Below are positions 31,182 through 41,005 of a stretch of DNA of 64,000 bases, in pieces. Numbering within the stretch: the first letter of the stretch is position 1; every line of letters begins with the position of its first letter. Made by a program: the position numbers and the translations under genes. This DNA comes from Oligoflexales bacterium (lineage in GTDB: Bacteria; Bdellovibrionota_B; Oligoflexia; Oligoflexales; JAPPIL01): contig OZ244057.1 of assembly GCA_965215515.1 (NCBI GenBank), positions 288,001 to 352,000 of the forward strand. The letters are read 5' to 3'. The notes under the pieces were generated by a model, which was not told where the DNA came from, made no database searches, and worked only from the letters and a program-made list of their open reading frames with translations.

Positions 31182-32415
31182 CGTTACTCATCGTGCGGTA
31201 ACCACCGAACAGCTGTGCCTGTGCGTCGAGCAGAAAATTACCGTCGAGTACTATTTGTTGGTTTTTTTGCAGTCCGCTCGTAACTTCGACGTATCCTCCT
31301 GCTTCGTGGCCTGTTTGAATTATGTGCGCTTGAAATTTTCTCTCGCTCACTTTTATCCACACAACTTTGCGTTTGCCTGTATCGATCATCGCACTGCGCG
31401 GGATGACCAGAGGTGTGCCAGGTAATTCGATGTGCAGGGTGACATCGGCGATCATGCCAGGTTTGAGTTTCCCGCCAGGATTGTCGACTGTAGCACGGAT
31501 TTTGAGTGTGCGGGAAATCGTGTCTAAGGCGGGCGAAATAAAATCAATCTCACCTTGCAAAGCTTGGCCAGGCACGGCGACAAACTGCATCGTTACTTCT
31601 TGCCCGCGGGTGACGAGGCTGGCATCGTGTTCGTAAACGTCGATCTCGACCCAAACGCTCGACAGGTCGTAGAGTTCGAAAAAATTCTGTCCCTCTTTGA
31701 AATATCGTCCTGCTACGGCATGGCGTTTCCTGACTACTCCGCTGACGGGTGAATAGATGGTGACGCGTTCGGGAACTTTGCCTCGCTGTGCCCATTTTTT
31801 GTATTGAAAGGGTCGGATACCCCATAGTCGTAGTTTTTTCTCGGCCTGCTCGAGCATATCCTGCTCGTGAGTGCTGGCGGACTGCTGCAACCCGCGATAG
31901 GCTACGAGGTATTCTTCGCCTGCGGTAAGCAGGGCGGGGCTGTAGAGGGCGAGCACGGCATCGCCGCGCTGTATCTTGCTACCTGTAGACTTGATGTAGA
32001 CTTTTTCCACGCGACCGCCGACGCGGGCGGGGATGGTTTTTTCGCGTGTCTCGGCCTGTAATACTTTCCCTAACAGGCGTGCTCGCTTCTGCATTTTCAT
32101 CGTGGTGACGGTAAAATAGGCGGGACGAAAATGTTGTAGTTGTGCTTTGCGTAGTTTTATTTCCGCCACGGTGGTGGCTGTTACGGCAGGTGTGTGTGTC
32201 ACCTGTGTATCTTCGTCGTCGGGGGTGACTGCAGTCAAGTTCATGCCACAAAGCGGGCATTTGCCTGGCTCGTTCTCTCGTATTTCTGGATGCATCGCGC
32301 AGGTGTAAAAACTCGCGGGATGCTCATGTGCATGTGACATATTAGCGTTTTCTGCTGTGGCATGTGTAGGGAGTGCGATGACGCAAACTGACAGAAGTAA
32401 AGCGAGGCTATTCAT
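31162..32415 (-). CDS. cusB: RND periplasmic adaptor with heavy-metal-binding domain
   Basis: Motifs YTCAMHPEI..PGKCPLCGMNL, LYSPAL and LKPGM. Confidence 0.9.
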   Translation of the reverse strand: MNSLALLLSVCVIALPTHATAENANMSHAHEHPASFYTCAMHPEIRENEPGKCPLCGMNLTAVTPDDEDTQVTHTPAVTATTVAEIKLRKAQLQHFRPAYFTVTTMKMQKRARLLGKVLQAETREKTIPARVGGRVEKVYIKSTGSKIQRGDAVLALYSPALLTAGEEYLVAYRGLQQSASTHEQDMLEQAEKKLRLWGIRPFQYKKWAQRGKVPERVTIYSPVSGVVRKRHAVAGRYFKEGQNFFELYDLSSVWVEIDVYEHDASLVTRGQEVTMQFVAVPGQALQGEIDFISPALDTISRTLKIRATVDNPGGKLKPGMIADVTLHIELPGTPLVIPRSAMIDTGKRKVVWIKVSERKFQAHIIQTGHEAGGYVEVTSGLQKNQQIVLDGNFLLDAQAQLFGGYRTMSNDARPPQ

Positions 32416-33601
32416 GTAGTGCTGCTCCCTGCAGATAGCGGTGCTGTAGGTGAATGGTGGCGAGTTGAGCTTGCAGTGTCGCTTGTTTGATTAAAATATT
32501 TTGTAGTTGCAGTTCTGCTTGTAGCAACTCCGCGTAGGTGGCATCACCGTGTCGATAGGAGATGAGGGCGAGACGGCGTGAGTCACGGGCGAAGTTTTGG
32601 GTTTCTTGGCGCAGGATGCGCAGCTCTGTGCTGGTTTTTGCTTTGCGTCGTTGCAGGAGGTGCAGCTCGCTGCTTTTGAAATCGCGATAGGTAGCGAGCT
32701 GCAGGGTGGCTTGTTGTTGTGCCTGTAGACTCGCGGCATAGGCAGCGCGGCGACTGGCGGTGACGGGTAGTGGCCAGCTGATACTGAAGGTGAACAGGTT
32801 ACCGTAACCGTCGAGGTTAGGACGGTAGGCTGCGGCGAGGGTCAGGTCGGGGATACGGGCGGCGTGGTGTGCCTGTGTCGTGATCCGTGTGGCGTGCACG
32901 GCGTGCTGCAACGCTTGCTCGCGGTAATCATGGCTGTCGTCGTCTGTGTCGATGTCGTCGAGCACTTGCCAGGGGATGGAGGTCGGGTCGATGGGGATGC
33001 GGCGTTGGGTTAGGTACTGTTGTTTCGCCTGCTGTTCTTGACGGGCGTGTTCTGTGTCGCTGAGAGCCGTGCGTACTTCCGCCTCTCTTATCTGGATGTC
33101 GAGTACGGCACGGCGGGTACTCTTGCCGTTGGCGTAGAGTTGTTCGGCAATTTTGCGTGTCTTGTGTAGCCAGAGGTAGTTTTCCTGTAGAATTTTGTGT
33201 TCGGCACGTAGCTTGCGTACTGTGATTAAGACCTCCCACAACGCCCGTAACAGCTTGCGCTGCTGGTGTTGTGCTTGTGCCTGCCGTTCCTGGGCGGTGG
33301 CTGCCCATGCTTGGGCAAGGTTTTGCTGGCGGGCGGTCAGGGGGATTTTTTGCATAATGCTGATTTCAAAGCCGCGTCTCGGGGTGGTATTGCCTGTCGA
33401 CCAGGCGGGTGGGAGGTTTTTCGCACTGAGTTTGACGACGGGCTCGTGCCAGGCGCGTTGTTGTGTGCCTGTGTGTTGTGCGGCCTGTGCGTGGTGGTGG
33501 GCGGCGACAACCGCGGGGTGTGGGGATAAAGACTGCACGGCGGTGCGGAAAGTAAAGCCGCTGGCAAGCAAGGTGATGCCGCTGAGAAGAGCGTTACGCA
33601 T
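32408..33601 (-). CDS. TolC-family outer-membrane efflux protein (CusC-like)
   Basis: First gene of the cus operon; helical repeats; motifs QKIPL and IPDLTLAAAY. Confidence 0.75.
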   Translation of the reverse strand: MRNALLSGITLLASGFTFRTAVQSLSPHPAVVAAHHHAQAAQHTGTQQRAWHEPVVKLSAKNLPPAWSTGNTTPRRGFEISIMQKIPLTARQQNLAQAWAATAQERQAQAQHQQRKLLRALWEVLITVRKLRAEHKILQENYLWLHKTRKIAEQLYANGKSTRRAVLDIQIREAEVRTALSDTEHARQEQQAKQQYLTQRRIPIDPTSIPWQVLDDIDTDDDSHDYREQALQHAVHATRITTQAHHAARIPDLTLAAAYRPNLDGYGNLFTFSISWPLPVTASRRAAYAASLQAQQQATLQLATYRDFKSSELHLLQRRKAKTSTELRILRQETQNFARDSRRLALISYRHGDATYAELLQAELQLQNILIKQATLQAQLATIHLQHRYLQGAALHE

Positions 33602-33615
33602 ACTTACTATTACAG

Positions 33616-33686
33616 CACAGGTGAGGGCTGGTGACAACATTTTTGTTCGTCTCCGCGAGGTACTTCCCCCTGTCAACCTCTGCGGA
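33616..33686 (+). repeat. 71-bp direct repeat, copy 1
   Basis: Three mismatches relative to 34675-34745. Confidence 0.95.
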
Positions 33687-33794
33687 TCAGATCCTTACCC
33701 ACGGAACTCAGGAAGAATCAACTCGTGTTTGTAATCAGTACGAAAATTACCCTTTACTTTTCAATGAGTGTGACCGATAATGAACATGCATGTG

Positions 33795-33858
33795 TGGCTT
33801 GTGTTCCTTACTCCCTAGAGCTAGTGTTCAGGGTTGGAGCTTCAAGCCAACTTTTTTT
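33795..33858 (+). promoter_or_regulatory. Structured leader/attenuator upstream of the NYN gene
   Basis: Nested stems TGGCTTG/CAAGCCA, GTTCC/GGAGC and CCCT/AGGG, followed by T7. Confidence 0.5.
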
Positions 33859-33889
33859 GTTCATCCCGTCATGAGTGGTTGGTCGTAGC

Positions 33890-34578
33890 ATGGCAAAGGT
33901 GGCGTTTGTTGTTGATGGCGGCTATTTCACAAAGGGCTACTTCAGCATTTACAAGCGTTTTCCCTCGGCTAACGAGCTTCACGACTATGTTACCGCCTTA
34001 CAGCGTCACATAACAACAACTACACATCTAGCCGCAGCGAACTCTACAGAGTATTTTTCTACGATTGTGCGCCGCTCACTACGCAGATAACGAATCCAAT
34101 AAGTGGTCGCCCTTTCGACTTATCCAATTCTGGCAAGTTTAAGCAAAATCAGGGTCTACAAGATGGTTTGAAGAGACTGCCCTTCTTCGCTGTACGGCTA
34201 GGAAAACTAATCATCCCAGATAGAAAAGATCGTGATGGAAAAAAGTGGGATAGTTGGAAGCTGAAGCTTAAAATCAGCGAGTTTGCCAAACGATCTGCTC
34301 CTCTGCAAGCAGAAGACCTGATACCAAACATCACCCAGAAGGGTGTAGATATGCGGATTGGGCTAGATATTGCGAGCATTGCCACCAAAAAGCTTTGTGA
34401 CAGGCTCGTTCTCATCTCAGGTGACACTGACATGACCCCAGCCATGAAGCTAGCCAGAACGGAAGGGCTGCAGATATTCCTTCATATGTTCACACCTACG
34501 CACAACCTCGACATGCACGCCCACGCTGATGTAATAACCGACCACCGCAAAGTGTTTCCTCTGAAAAGAGGTAAGTAG
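33890..34578 (+). pseudogene. NYN (LabA/DUF88, PIN-like) ribonuclease; single-base frameshift near 34010
   Basis: VAFVVDGGYF in the first frame; LYRVFFYDCAP, QKGVDMRIGLDIA and LISGDTDMTPAMKLARTEG in the second. Confidence 0.85.
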
Positions 34579-34674
34579 GGCGTGTCGCCGTTTCGTTTAA
34601 TAATTTTTTGTGTGTGCTAACCACTTGTAATAGTAGGGCAAACCTGCATCATATGAAAAGATATAACAATAATT
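34576..34674 (+). mobile_element. IS5-family end remnant
   Basis: 18-bp identity to 2032-2049, followed by ATG AAA AGA TAT (MKRY), then cut by the direct repeat. Confidence 0.65.
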
Positions 34675-34745
34675 CACAGGTGAGGGCTGGTGACAATACT
34701 TTTGTTCGTCTCCGCGAGGTACTTCCCCCTGCCAACCTCTGCGGA
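34675..34745 (+). repeat. 71-bp direct repeat, copy 2
   Basis: Matches 33616-33686. Confidence 0.95.
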
Positions 34746-34860
34746 CAACACGAGCTTGTGTGTCGCGCTGTAATTATAAGTATTTACCATTAAAACATTG
34801 ATTTTATGGTAGATAGTTGATACAAGCTCTCGGTCTTTGTTTTTATAAGGAGGAATCACA

Positions 34861-36279
34861 ATGTCCGTACTCGCATCAACTCTAGGCCGCGGCTTCATCC
34901 TGTTGACTTTGGCAGTTGGGTTGCTGGCCTACCAGTTTCCGCAGAAGGAAGGTGGTAACGTGTCTTCGTGCCGTGGTGAGGGGTGTGCCGCGGGGATAAC
35001 CAGCTCTCTCAAAGACATCAGCGATGCTGTCGCTTCTGTCGTGAGGAAAGCGGAGAAAGCGTTGGTGTTTGTCACCGTGACGCGTTTGGTGCAGGCCAGA
35101 CCTAATCCTTTCGATTATTTTTTCTGGCCGCCGCGTGTGCTCCCTCGTACGCCTAAGGTCGATAAGCATAAGGTTTCGGCATCGGGTTTTTTTGTCGATC
35201 TCGACAACGGCTATATTATTACCAATGCTCATGTTGTCAAGAACGGCGAACGTATTATGCTGACGTTAGCGAACGGAGAAGAGCACGAAGCCATCGTTAC
35301 GGGTGCGGACGAAAACACTGACATTGCTATTCTTCAGGTTGAAAACTTCAGTCGCGAGGGGCTCGGTTACCTAACACTCACCAGCAGTGCTGGTTTACGC
35401 ACAGGTGATTTTGTCGTGGCACTCGGTGCACCGTTTGGTTTCAAGGCCAGTGCTTCTTTTGGCATTGTGTCAGGCCTGCAGCGCGGCAACTTACACGGCT
35501 TGACTGCCTTGGGAAACTTTATTCAGACTGACGCGGCTATCAACCCTGGCAACAGCGGAGGGCCTTTGCTCAATACACAAGGGCAAGTGGTGGGAGTCAA
35601 CTCGGCTATCATTTCGGTTTCAGGTGGCTACAACGGACTTGGTTTTGCAGTGCCTGCCGAAATTGCGAAGAAGGTTGCTCAGCAGCTGGTGGAAAAAGGG
35701 AAGTTTGAACGCGGCTATCTCGGTGTCAGGATGCAAGAGCCTGACGTGAATCTGCGTGACTCTTTCCAAGTAAGGTATGGCGAAGGGGGAGTTATTGTCA
35801 CGGAGGTAATAGGGTCTAGCCCCGCGGCACAGGCAGGTTTGCAGGTCGGTGACGTTATCGTCGCTGTCGATGGACAAAAGGTCTCTACGCCATTCGAACT
35901 GGCTAACGCGGTAGGTTTCAACCCGCCAGACACAGTGATTGAAGTGGATTACGTCAGAAATGGTGAGAAGCTAAGTATTGAGATCAAGCTGGGCACAGCT
36001 TCTGATCTACAAGAAAAGAAGCAAGAAATCACTACTCTATGGGGCTTGCAGATAATTGAAGAGGTAACAGGTGAATATGGTGAGCGCGATGTTCTTCTCG
36101 TACTCAGCAGCGATAACATCACATCCGATGTGCGCCGTGGGGATTTAATTGTCGCGGTGGATAACGTCGAAGTGCAAGGAATCGCTTGGTTAAAAAACTA
36201 CCTCCAAGATAAAAAGGAGGTAGTTCTCTATGTCAGGCGCGGTGGACAATTCGTGTTTGTCACCTTACACCAACAGTGA
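34861..36279 (+). CDS. Do/DegP/DegQ-family serine protease with PDZ domains
   Basis: Motifs ITNAHVV, DIAIL and IQTDAAINPGNSGGPL; PDZ GYLGV. Confidence 0.92.
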   Translation: MSVLASTLGRGFILLTLAVGLLAYQFPQKEGGNVSSCRGEGCAAGITSSLKDISDAVASVVRKAEKALVFVTVTRLVQARPNPFDYFFWPPRVLPRTPKVDKHKVSASGFFVDLDNGYIITNAHVVKNGERIMLTLANGEEHEAIVTGADENTDIAILQVENFSREGLGYLTLTSSAGLRTGDFVVALGAPFGFKASASFGIVSGLQRGNLHGLTALGNFIQTDAAINPGNSGGPLLNTQGQVVGVNSAIISVSGGYNGLGFAVPAEIAKKVAQQLVEKGKFERGYLGVRMQEPDVNLRDSFQVRYGEGGVIVTEVIGSSPAAQAGLQVGDVIVAVDGQKVSTPFELANAVGFNPPDTVIEVDYVRNGEKLSIEIKLGTASDLQEKKQEITTLWGLQIIEEVTGEYGERDVLLVLSSDNITSDVRRGDLIVAVDNVEVQGIAWLKNYLQDKKEVVLYVRRGGQFVFVTLHQQ

Positions 36280-36284
36280 CTTTT

Positions 36285-38348
36285 TTACATGGAGAGGGCG
36301 GCGCTATTGACCCTATGACCGAAAATTTCGGCGAGACTGCGTACGATGGTAGGCAGATCGTTGACAGGGGTGGCATCGGCAAATTCACCGCTGGTATTGA
36401 AAATCTGGTTCCAGAGACTACCCAATTGCTTTTCACCTTGGCTCCAGACGGCTTGGTTAAGCGCTATCGCTGCCCCTACTCCCACCCCTGAGGAGAGAGT
36501 GCTTAGCCCCAGCCTTTTTTTTGTGCGCATGAAATCAGCAGTGATTCTCGCGGCTTCTTCGCTTCTACCCTGTTCGACATTGTTCAAAGCCTCTTTGAGA
36601 GCCTTCATCTCGTCTCTGTGACTGCTCATTGCTTGTTTCGCTTCGTCAAATCTTTGTGATGCAGTACTCATTGTGTTTTCTATATTCGAGATATTTTCGC
36701 GCCGCGATCTTATTTCTTTCTCCTGTCTGGTAACCTTTTGATCAAAAGCATCTATCTCAGCCCGTAGGGCATTAATGCGCTCTTTTTTCAACCTACTCAT
36801 AGCATGAGTTTTATTGATTGAGGTCATACGCCGCCAGAATGTTTCTTTTTCTTGCAAGTTATGTATCTGCTGTGCAGAATACTTCCTGGCAGCCTCTGCC
36901 TCAAATAAAGCCTTTCTGGCCGCGGAAATTTCTCGATCGAGTTTTGTCAAATGGGCATCAAAACTACTGCTTCCTTCGTTCATTGATCGGCGCAGTTTGA
37001 GATTTTCTTTCCTCAGCTCAATATTTTGGAAATGCGGCAAATTATCAAAGTAAGCTTTTTCTATCGCTGTTGCTCTTTTTATTTCACTGAACGAGCGGGT
37101 GAAGTCGACGATTGTGAGTTTTTTATAAAGTTCCTCTATCTTGCTAAATTTGGCTGAAAATGTAGCATCATCCGCTAACCCATGATATTCTTGCACACCA
37201 TCGAGTAAACGTCTATTTTTGGCTGCAAGCTCAAGCTTAGCGATTTTTTCGGCCTCTTTACTGCTAGGTATTGTCAAAAATTTCCCTTCGTTAAATTTAT
37301 ACAACCACCTCTTCTGTTCCTCTAGGCGATATAACCGCTCAGCATGCTGCAAAATCTCCCCTGTCTCCTGTTTGCTACGCGCTAGCATGCCTAAGTCACT
37401 CGCTAGCGCACCTTTGTCAAAAATACCAGGTAAGACTATTCTCCTTCGAGGAAAGTTCTCTAATTTTTTCGCCAGCTCCTCATAATGTCCTCGGAAAAGA
37501 TTGTTATTCTCCCTGTAGAACGCTAAGCCAGTCCTTTTGAGATTGAATCTTCCCTCCGCAGCAAGAACACGCAGGTTATCGGCAAACGCCTTGTCAACAC
37601 TATCTACCCTTGTCGCCAACTGCCTTAGAAATTCAGCATCTACCCTATTTTCAGGTCCGATAATTCTTCGTAACCTTTTCTCCAGCGCTGCGTCTACAGT
37701 GGAAATTTTGGCCAGCACTTCATTTATTTGTCTATCATCAGCACTTTCGAAAGCAGTATTTAGCTCCTCCTCTAGTCTACTTAGTTCCAGCTTTGCTGTC
37801 TTACTTGTTGCATTATCTGCAGCCCGTGCACTACGTGCACTCGCTATCAGTTCCGTCATTTGTTCTCTCTTCATATCGAGCTGCCGCGTAAGGTCATCCC
37901 CTTGCTCAGCTAATTCCTTTATTTTCTTCGCACCAAGTACCGCATCATCTAGCTGCTTACTACCGTGCCTAGCGAACTTCACCCCAGCTCTGATACCGAA
38001 CGCGGCCAACAGTAAGCCAGCACCTGCAGCTACGTGACCACTATACTTGGTAGCAAAGGAACGACGCAGCTCATTATGCAAGAAAACAACCTCCTGCCCA
38101 TTGTCATCGAGCAGCGCGGAGCGACAAACATGGGGATCGTTAAATGCCTGTTCGCTGTAAACGGCGGTCTTTTTGCACAACAACAGCCGATACGCCTCCA
38201 TTCCATCATTAGTTGCACTGGGCACAACCCCTAGGGTCAAACGCCCATCGGTGACTGCATGTAAATCCATCACAGGGGCACGTGCCAAAGGCTTACAAGC
38301 CACCATCGCTGCACAACTAGTCAGTAGCAATAACGACCTACCCATCAC
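36285..38348 (-). CDS. Hypothetical lipoprotein with long coiled-coil insert; paralog of 14854-15507
   Basis: Lipobox AMVAC; conserved termini; ~500-aa charged helical centre between two hydrophobic helices. Confidence 0.75.
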   Translation of the reverse strand: MMGRSLLLLTSCAAMVACKPLARAPVMDLHAVTDGRLTLGVVPSATNDGMEAYRLLLCKKTAVYSEQAFNDPHVCRSALLDDNGQEVVFLHNELRRSFATKYSGHVAAGAGLLLAAFGIRAGVKFARHGSKQLDDAVLGAKKIKELAEQGDDLTRQLDMKREQMTELIASARSARAADNATSKTAKLELSRLEEELNTAFESADDRQINEVLAKISTVDAALEKRLRRIIGPENRVDAEFLRQLATRVDSVDKAFADNLRVLAAEGRFNLKRTGLAFYRENNNLFRGHYEELAKKLENFPRRRIVLPGIFDKGALASDLGMLARSKQETGEILQHAERLYRLEEQKRWLYKFNEGKFLTIPSSKEAEKIAKLELAAKNRRLLDGVQEYHGLADDATFSAKFSKIEELYKKLTIVDFTRSFSEIKRATAIEKAYFDNLPHFQNIELRKENLKLRRSMNEGSSSFDAHLTKLDREISAARKALFEAEAARKYSAQQIHNLQEKETFWRRMTSINKTHAMSRLKKERINALRAEIDAFDQKVTRQEKEIRSRRENISNIENTMSTASQRFDEAKQAMSSHRDEMKALKEALNNVEQGRSEEAARITADFMRTKKRLGLSTLSSGVGVGAAIALNQAVWSQGEKQLGSLWNQIFNTSGEFADATPVNDLPTIVRSLAEIFGHRVNSAALSM

Positions 38349-38574
38349 TATTCCCTCCTCACAAAGATTAAAAAACAGCTTGCGGAAAAGTCATCGGTCT
38401 TTTTTTTTTGGTTTTAGTTTTTTTAAATTTTTTTTACAGCGACGCTGGAGTATGACAAAATTTGCCGTGTTATTTTGTAAGACATGTGTAGATGCCCCCG
38501 CAGAGCAACAGCAAGGTGATGTTCCGCTTTCTCTACCTAGGAAAAGACGTATGTGGCGGCTGAGATAAACACCG

Positions 38575-40782
38575 CTAGTCGTCATCATTTTCTATTCTGT
38601 CGGGTCTATTTATTTGATAGTCGCTCTCGCATATTTTTAGATGCATACCCCATTCGGGAAGGTCTCTTCCGATAATAATTGAGTGCGTCTTCTTGTAAAG
38701 GCGATCAAAGTGCGGCGGTCTACCGATCTGTTCCCAAGCCGCATCGCTGAGGGTATGCTCACATTTGAGCATTGTACTCATCATTCTGCGCTCGAAGCTC
38801 TGCCTGCTGCGAAATACTTGCCTGCAGCCTAACCCCCAGTATCCATCTGCTGTTTGTCGGGTGAGGGAGGGGTTGTGGAAAGCGATGAATTTTTCTCTAA
38901 ACGCCGCGTCAGGTTTATTTTGCGTGAGACCATCGGTGCATCCCATCTCAAGACTCTCGCGGGTGACACAACCCTCGTCCCATAGCACAGTGCGTATTCT
39001 GCGTCCCTCGTCATCGTTCCTGAAAGCCGCGACATTCCGCAAAGCACAGGCGGTATCGAGTAACTCTTTTCCGCCTGTGTGGTCGCCGTAGACAACAGCA
39101 CTAGCCCAGAGATTCCTGTCGGTTTTATAGTAGCACGCACAGTCCTCATCGAGAACACGATCGTCATACAACTTGCCACTGCTGTAGACTCCGCCACATG
39201 TCATGACGATCTCTTTGCGGCACGCACCGCAGCTGCAAGTATCTGTATGCCACGCCAAATCGCTGTTACTAGGACAGGCGGTAATTTCGTTGTTATCGGT
39301 ATCGCAACATTTACAAGTCGGCTCTGGCGGCGGTGGCGGCGGTGGCGGCGGTGCGGGACAATTGCCCGTGCCCGCCACAGTGCGTCTGAGAGGAGCGATA
39401 ATCTGGAACATCGGACACTCTACCCCCGCACAAAGATCGGGACAGGTGCGGCGTTGTGCCCGCGATTTTCTCTGCTTCAGTGTCTTCCCCTCGCACACAC
39501 TGCTCGCGAGCGGCCACCACGCTTGCGATTGCCACGTTGCCCACTCTTCACAACCTGAGTCACAGGTATCCTCACACACAGGCTCGGTAACACATACTTT
39601 CTTGCCGCTGACATCCCGTGCTTCAGTGTCGGTGGTGCTGCAATCTGCGAGATGGCAGGGTACGGGACAAGTTCTCTGGCGAGTGCGAGTTTGCGTGAGT
39701 ACCTCACCTGCACAGACGCTGTTTGCCGCGGGTCTCCAACTACCCCACTCACCCCAAGCATCACAATTTTTAGGACTGAGACGACAGAGCTGGAGCGCCG
39801 TAACGGCTGCCTCAGGCAAGTTGTTGACGAGGCTGGCGTTGCCGTCGAGATCTCGCACCGCCTGCCACGCGGGGCTGTCGCAGGAATCACTAGCGGTGAG
39901 GTTTTTAAAATGCACAGGACGGGCAGCAACCCACATCGCCTCGGAAAACGTAACCACACCGCTCAACTGCTGTGCACTAAGGCCGTTGAGCAGGCTCTGC
40001 ACACGTACCTTGACAGAATTGACATCATGATCTTCTCTCCCTTCCCGCAACTGGCGGTAGAGAGTCAGAACCTCGCTCAACACCCCCTTCGCCGCAGCGA
40101 TGATCGCAGGATCGCTCAACTCCGTCATCAACTCAACATCGTTGAGCACAACATGCATGGTTCGCACCGTTTCATCAAAAAATGTTTTAATATCAACAAG
40201 TTGTCTCACATCTTGCGTCTCCCTGAGCGCCAGTATCTCGTTGACAAACTCCTCATCGACGAGCGTGGCCATGAGATCAGGCGGCCCCTTGAGCTGCGTG
40301 CTGATGAAACTACCCTGCGCGGCCAACGCCCGCCGTGCCGCATCATCAGCGAGGAGAACCGACAGTGCGGCAAGCATGTCAGCGCTGAGCTGTGCGGTGC
40401 GCGCTTTATCGGTATTAGTGCCCAAAGCGGTGGCCGCATCGACAACTCCTTGCAAACCTCTGCCGACTGCACTGTCGGCGGGAAATTTGCCCTGCAAGGC
40501 AATAACTATCCCCACCGCCCTGAGCGCCGTAGCTACGTCATCGGTAAGACGCTGGCTGAGCGCCCCCATCACCTTGCGAGTGTAGGTATTGACAAACCGC
40601 TGGTCGCTGAGCACCGTAGGATCGAAGTCTCGCGCGAGCAATCTGTTCACGATAACTGCGTAACGCCACTCTACCGTGTTCGCAACTCCCTGTTTTGCCG
40701 CCGCGTCCTGCGCCGTGTAGACCTGTGCCGTATCACAGCCCAAAGACAAACACAGCAGTACACCCCACCGCAAAACGCGCAT
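38575..40782 (-). CDS. Lipoprotein with two thrombospondin type-1-like repeats, a poly-Pro linker and a Cys-rich C-terminus
   Basis: Lipobox LSLGC; CDAWGEWGSW...C...TRTRQRTC and CEEWATWQSQAWW...C...RRTC. Confidence 0.7.
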   Translation of the reverse strand: MRVLRWGVLLCLSLGCDTAQVYTAQDAAAKQGVANTVEWRYAVIVNRLLARDFDPTVLSDQRFVNTYTRKVMGALSQRLTDDVATALRAVGIVIALQGKFPADSAVGRGLQGVVDAATALGTNTDKARTAQLSADMLAALSVLLADDAARRALAAQGSFISTQLKGPPDLMATLVDEEFVNEILALRETQDVRQLVDIKTFFDETVRTMHVVLNDVELMTELSDPAIIAAAKGVLSEVLTLYRQLREGREDHDVNSVKVRVQSLLNGLSAQQLSGVVTFSEAMWVAARPVHFKNLTASDSCDSPAWQAVRDLDGNASLVNNLPEAAVTALQLCRLSPKNCDAWGEWGSWRPAANSVCAGEVLTQTRTRQRTCPVPCHLADCSTTDTEARDVSGKKVCVTEPVCEDTCDSGCEEWATWQSQAWWPLASSVCEGKTLKQRKSRAQRRTCPDLCAGVECPMFQIIAPLRRTVAGTGNCPAPPPPPPPPPEPTCKCCDTDNNEITACPSNSDLAWHTDTCSCGACRKEIVMTCGGVYSSGKLYDDRVLDEDCACYYKTDRNLWASAVVYGDHTGGKELLDTACALRNVAAFRNDDEGRRIRTVLWDEGCVTRESLEMGCTDGLTQNKPDAAFREKFIAFHNPSLTRQTADGYWGLGCRQVFRSRQSFERRMMSTMLKCEHTLSDAAWEQIGRPPHFDRLYKKTHSIIIGRDLPEWGMHLKICESDYQINRPDRIENDDD

Positions 40783-41005
40783 GACTGTCGTCCCCTAACA
40801 TCGCGTTCAGCTATCGGCGAGTTGTGTGATCACCGTAAGCAAAATTAATTACACCTGTAATATGAAGAGGCTAACTTAAAATCGCCCCTCACGCACGCTG
40901 AAAAAACTCCGTATCAAGAACACGCCGCGCCCAGCCAGAAACCCAGCCTTGTTCTTTTGGCGTGAGACATCTATGATGAGGAAGATTGTTAAAGAAAACT
41001 CTGGA

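Noticed and set aside
39652..40848. 398-aa plus-strand ORF
   Set aside because: It is the antisense shadow of the TSP1-like lipoprotein.
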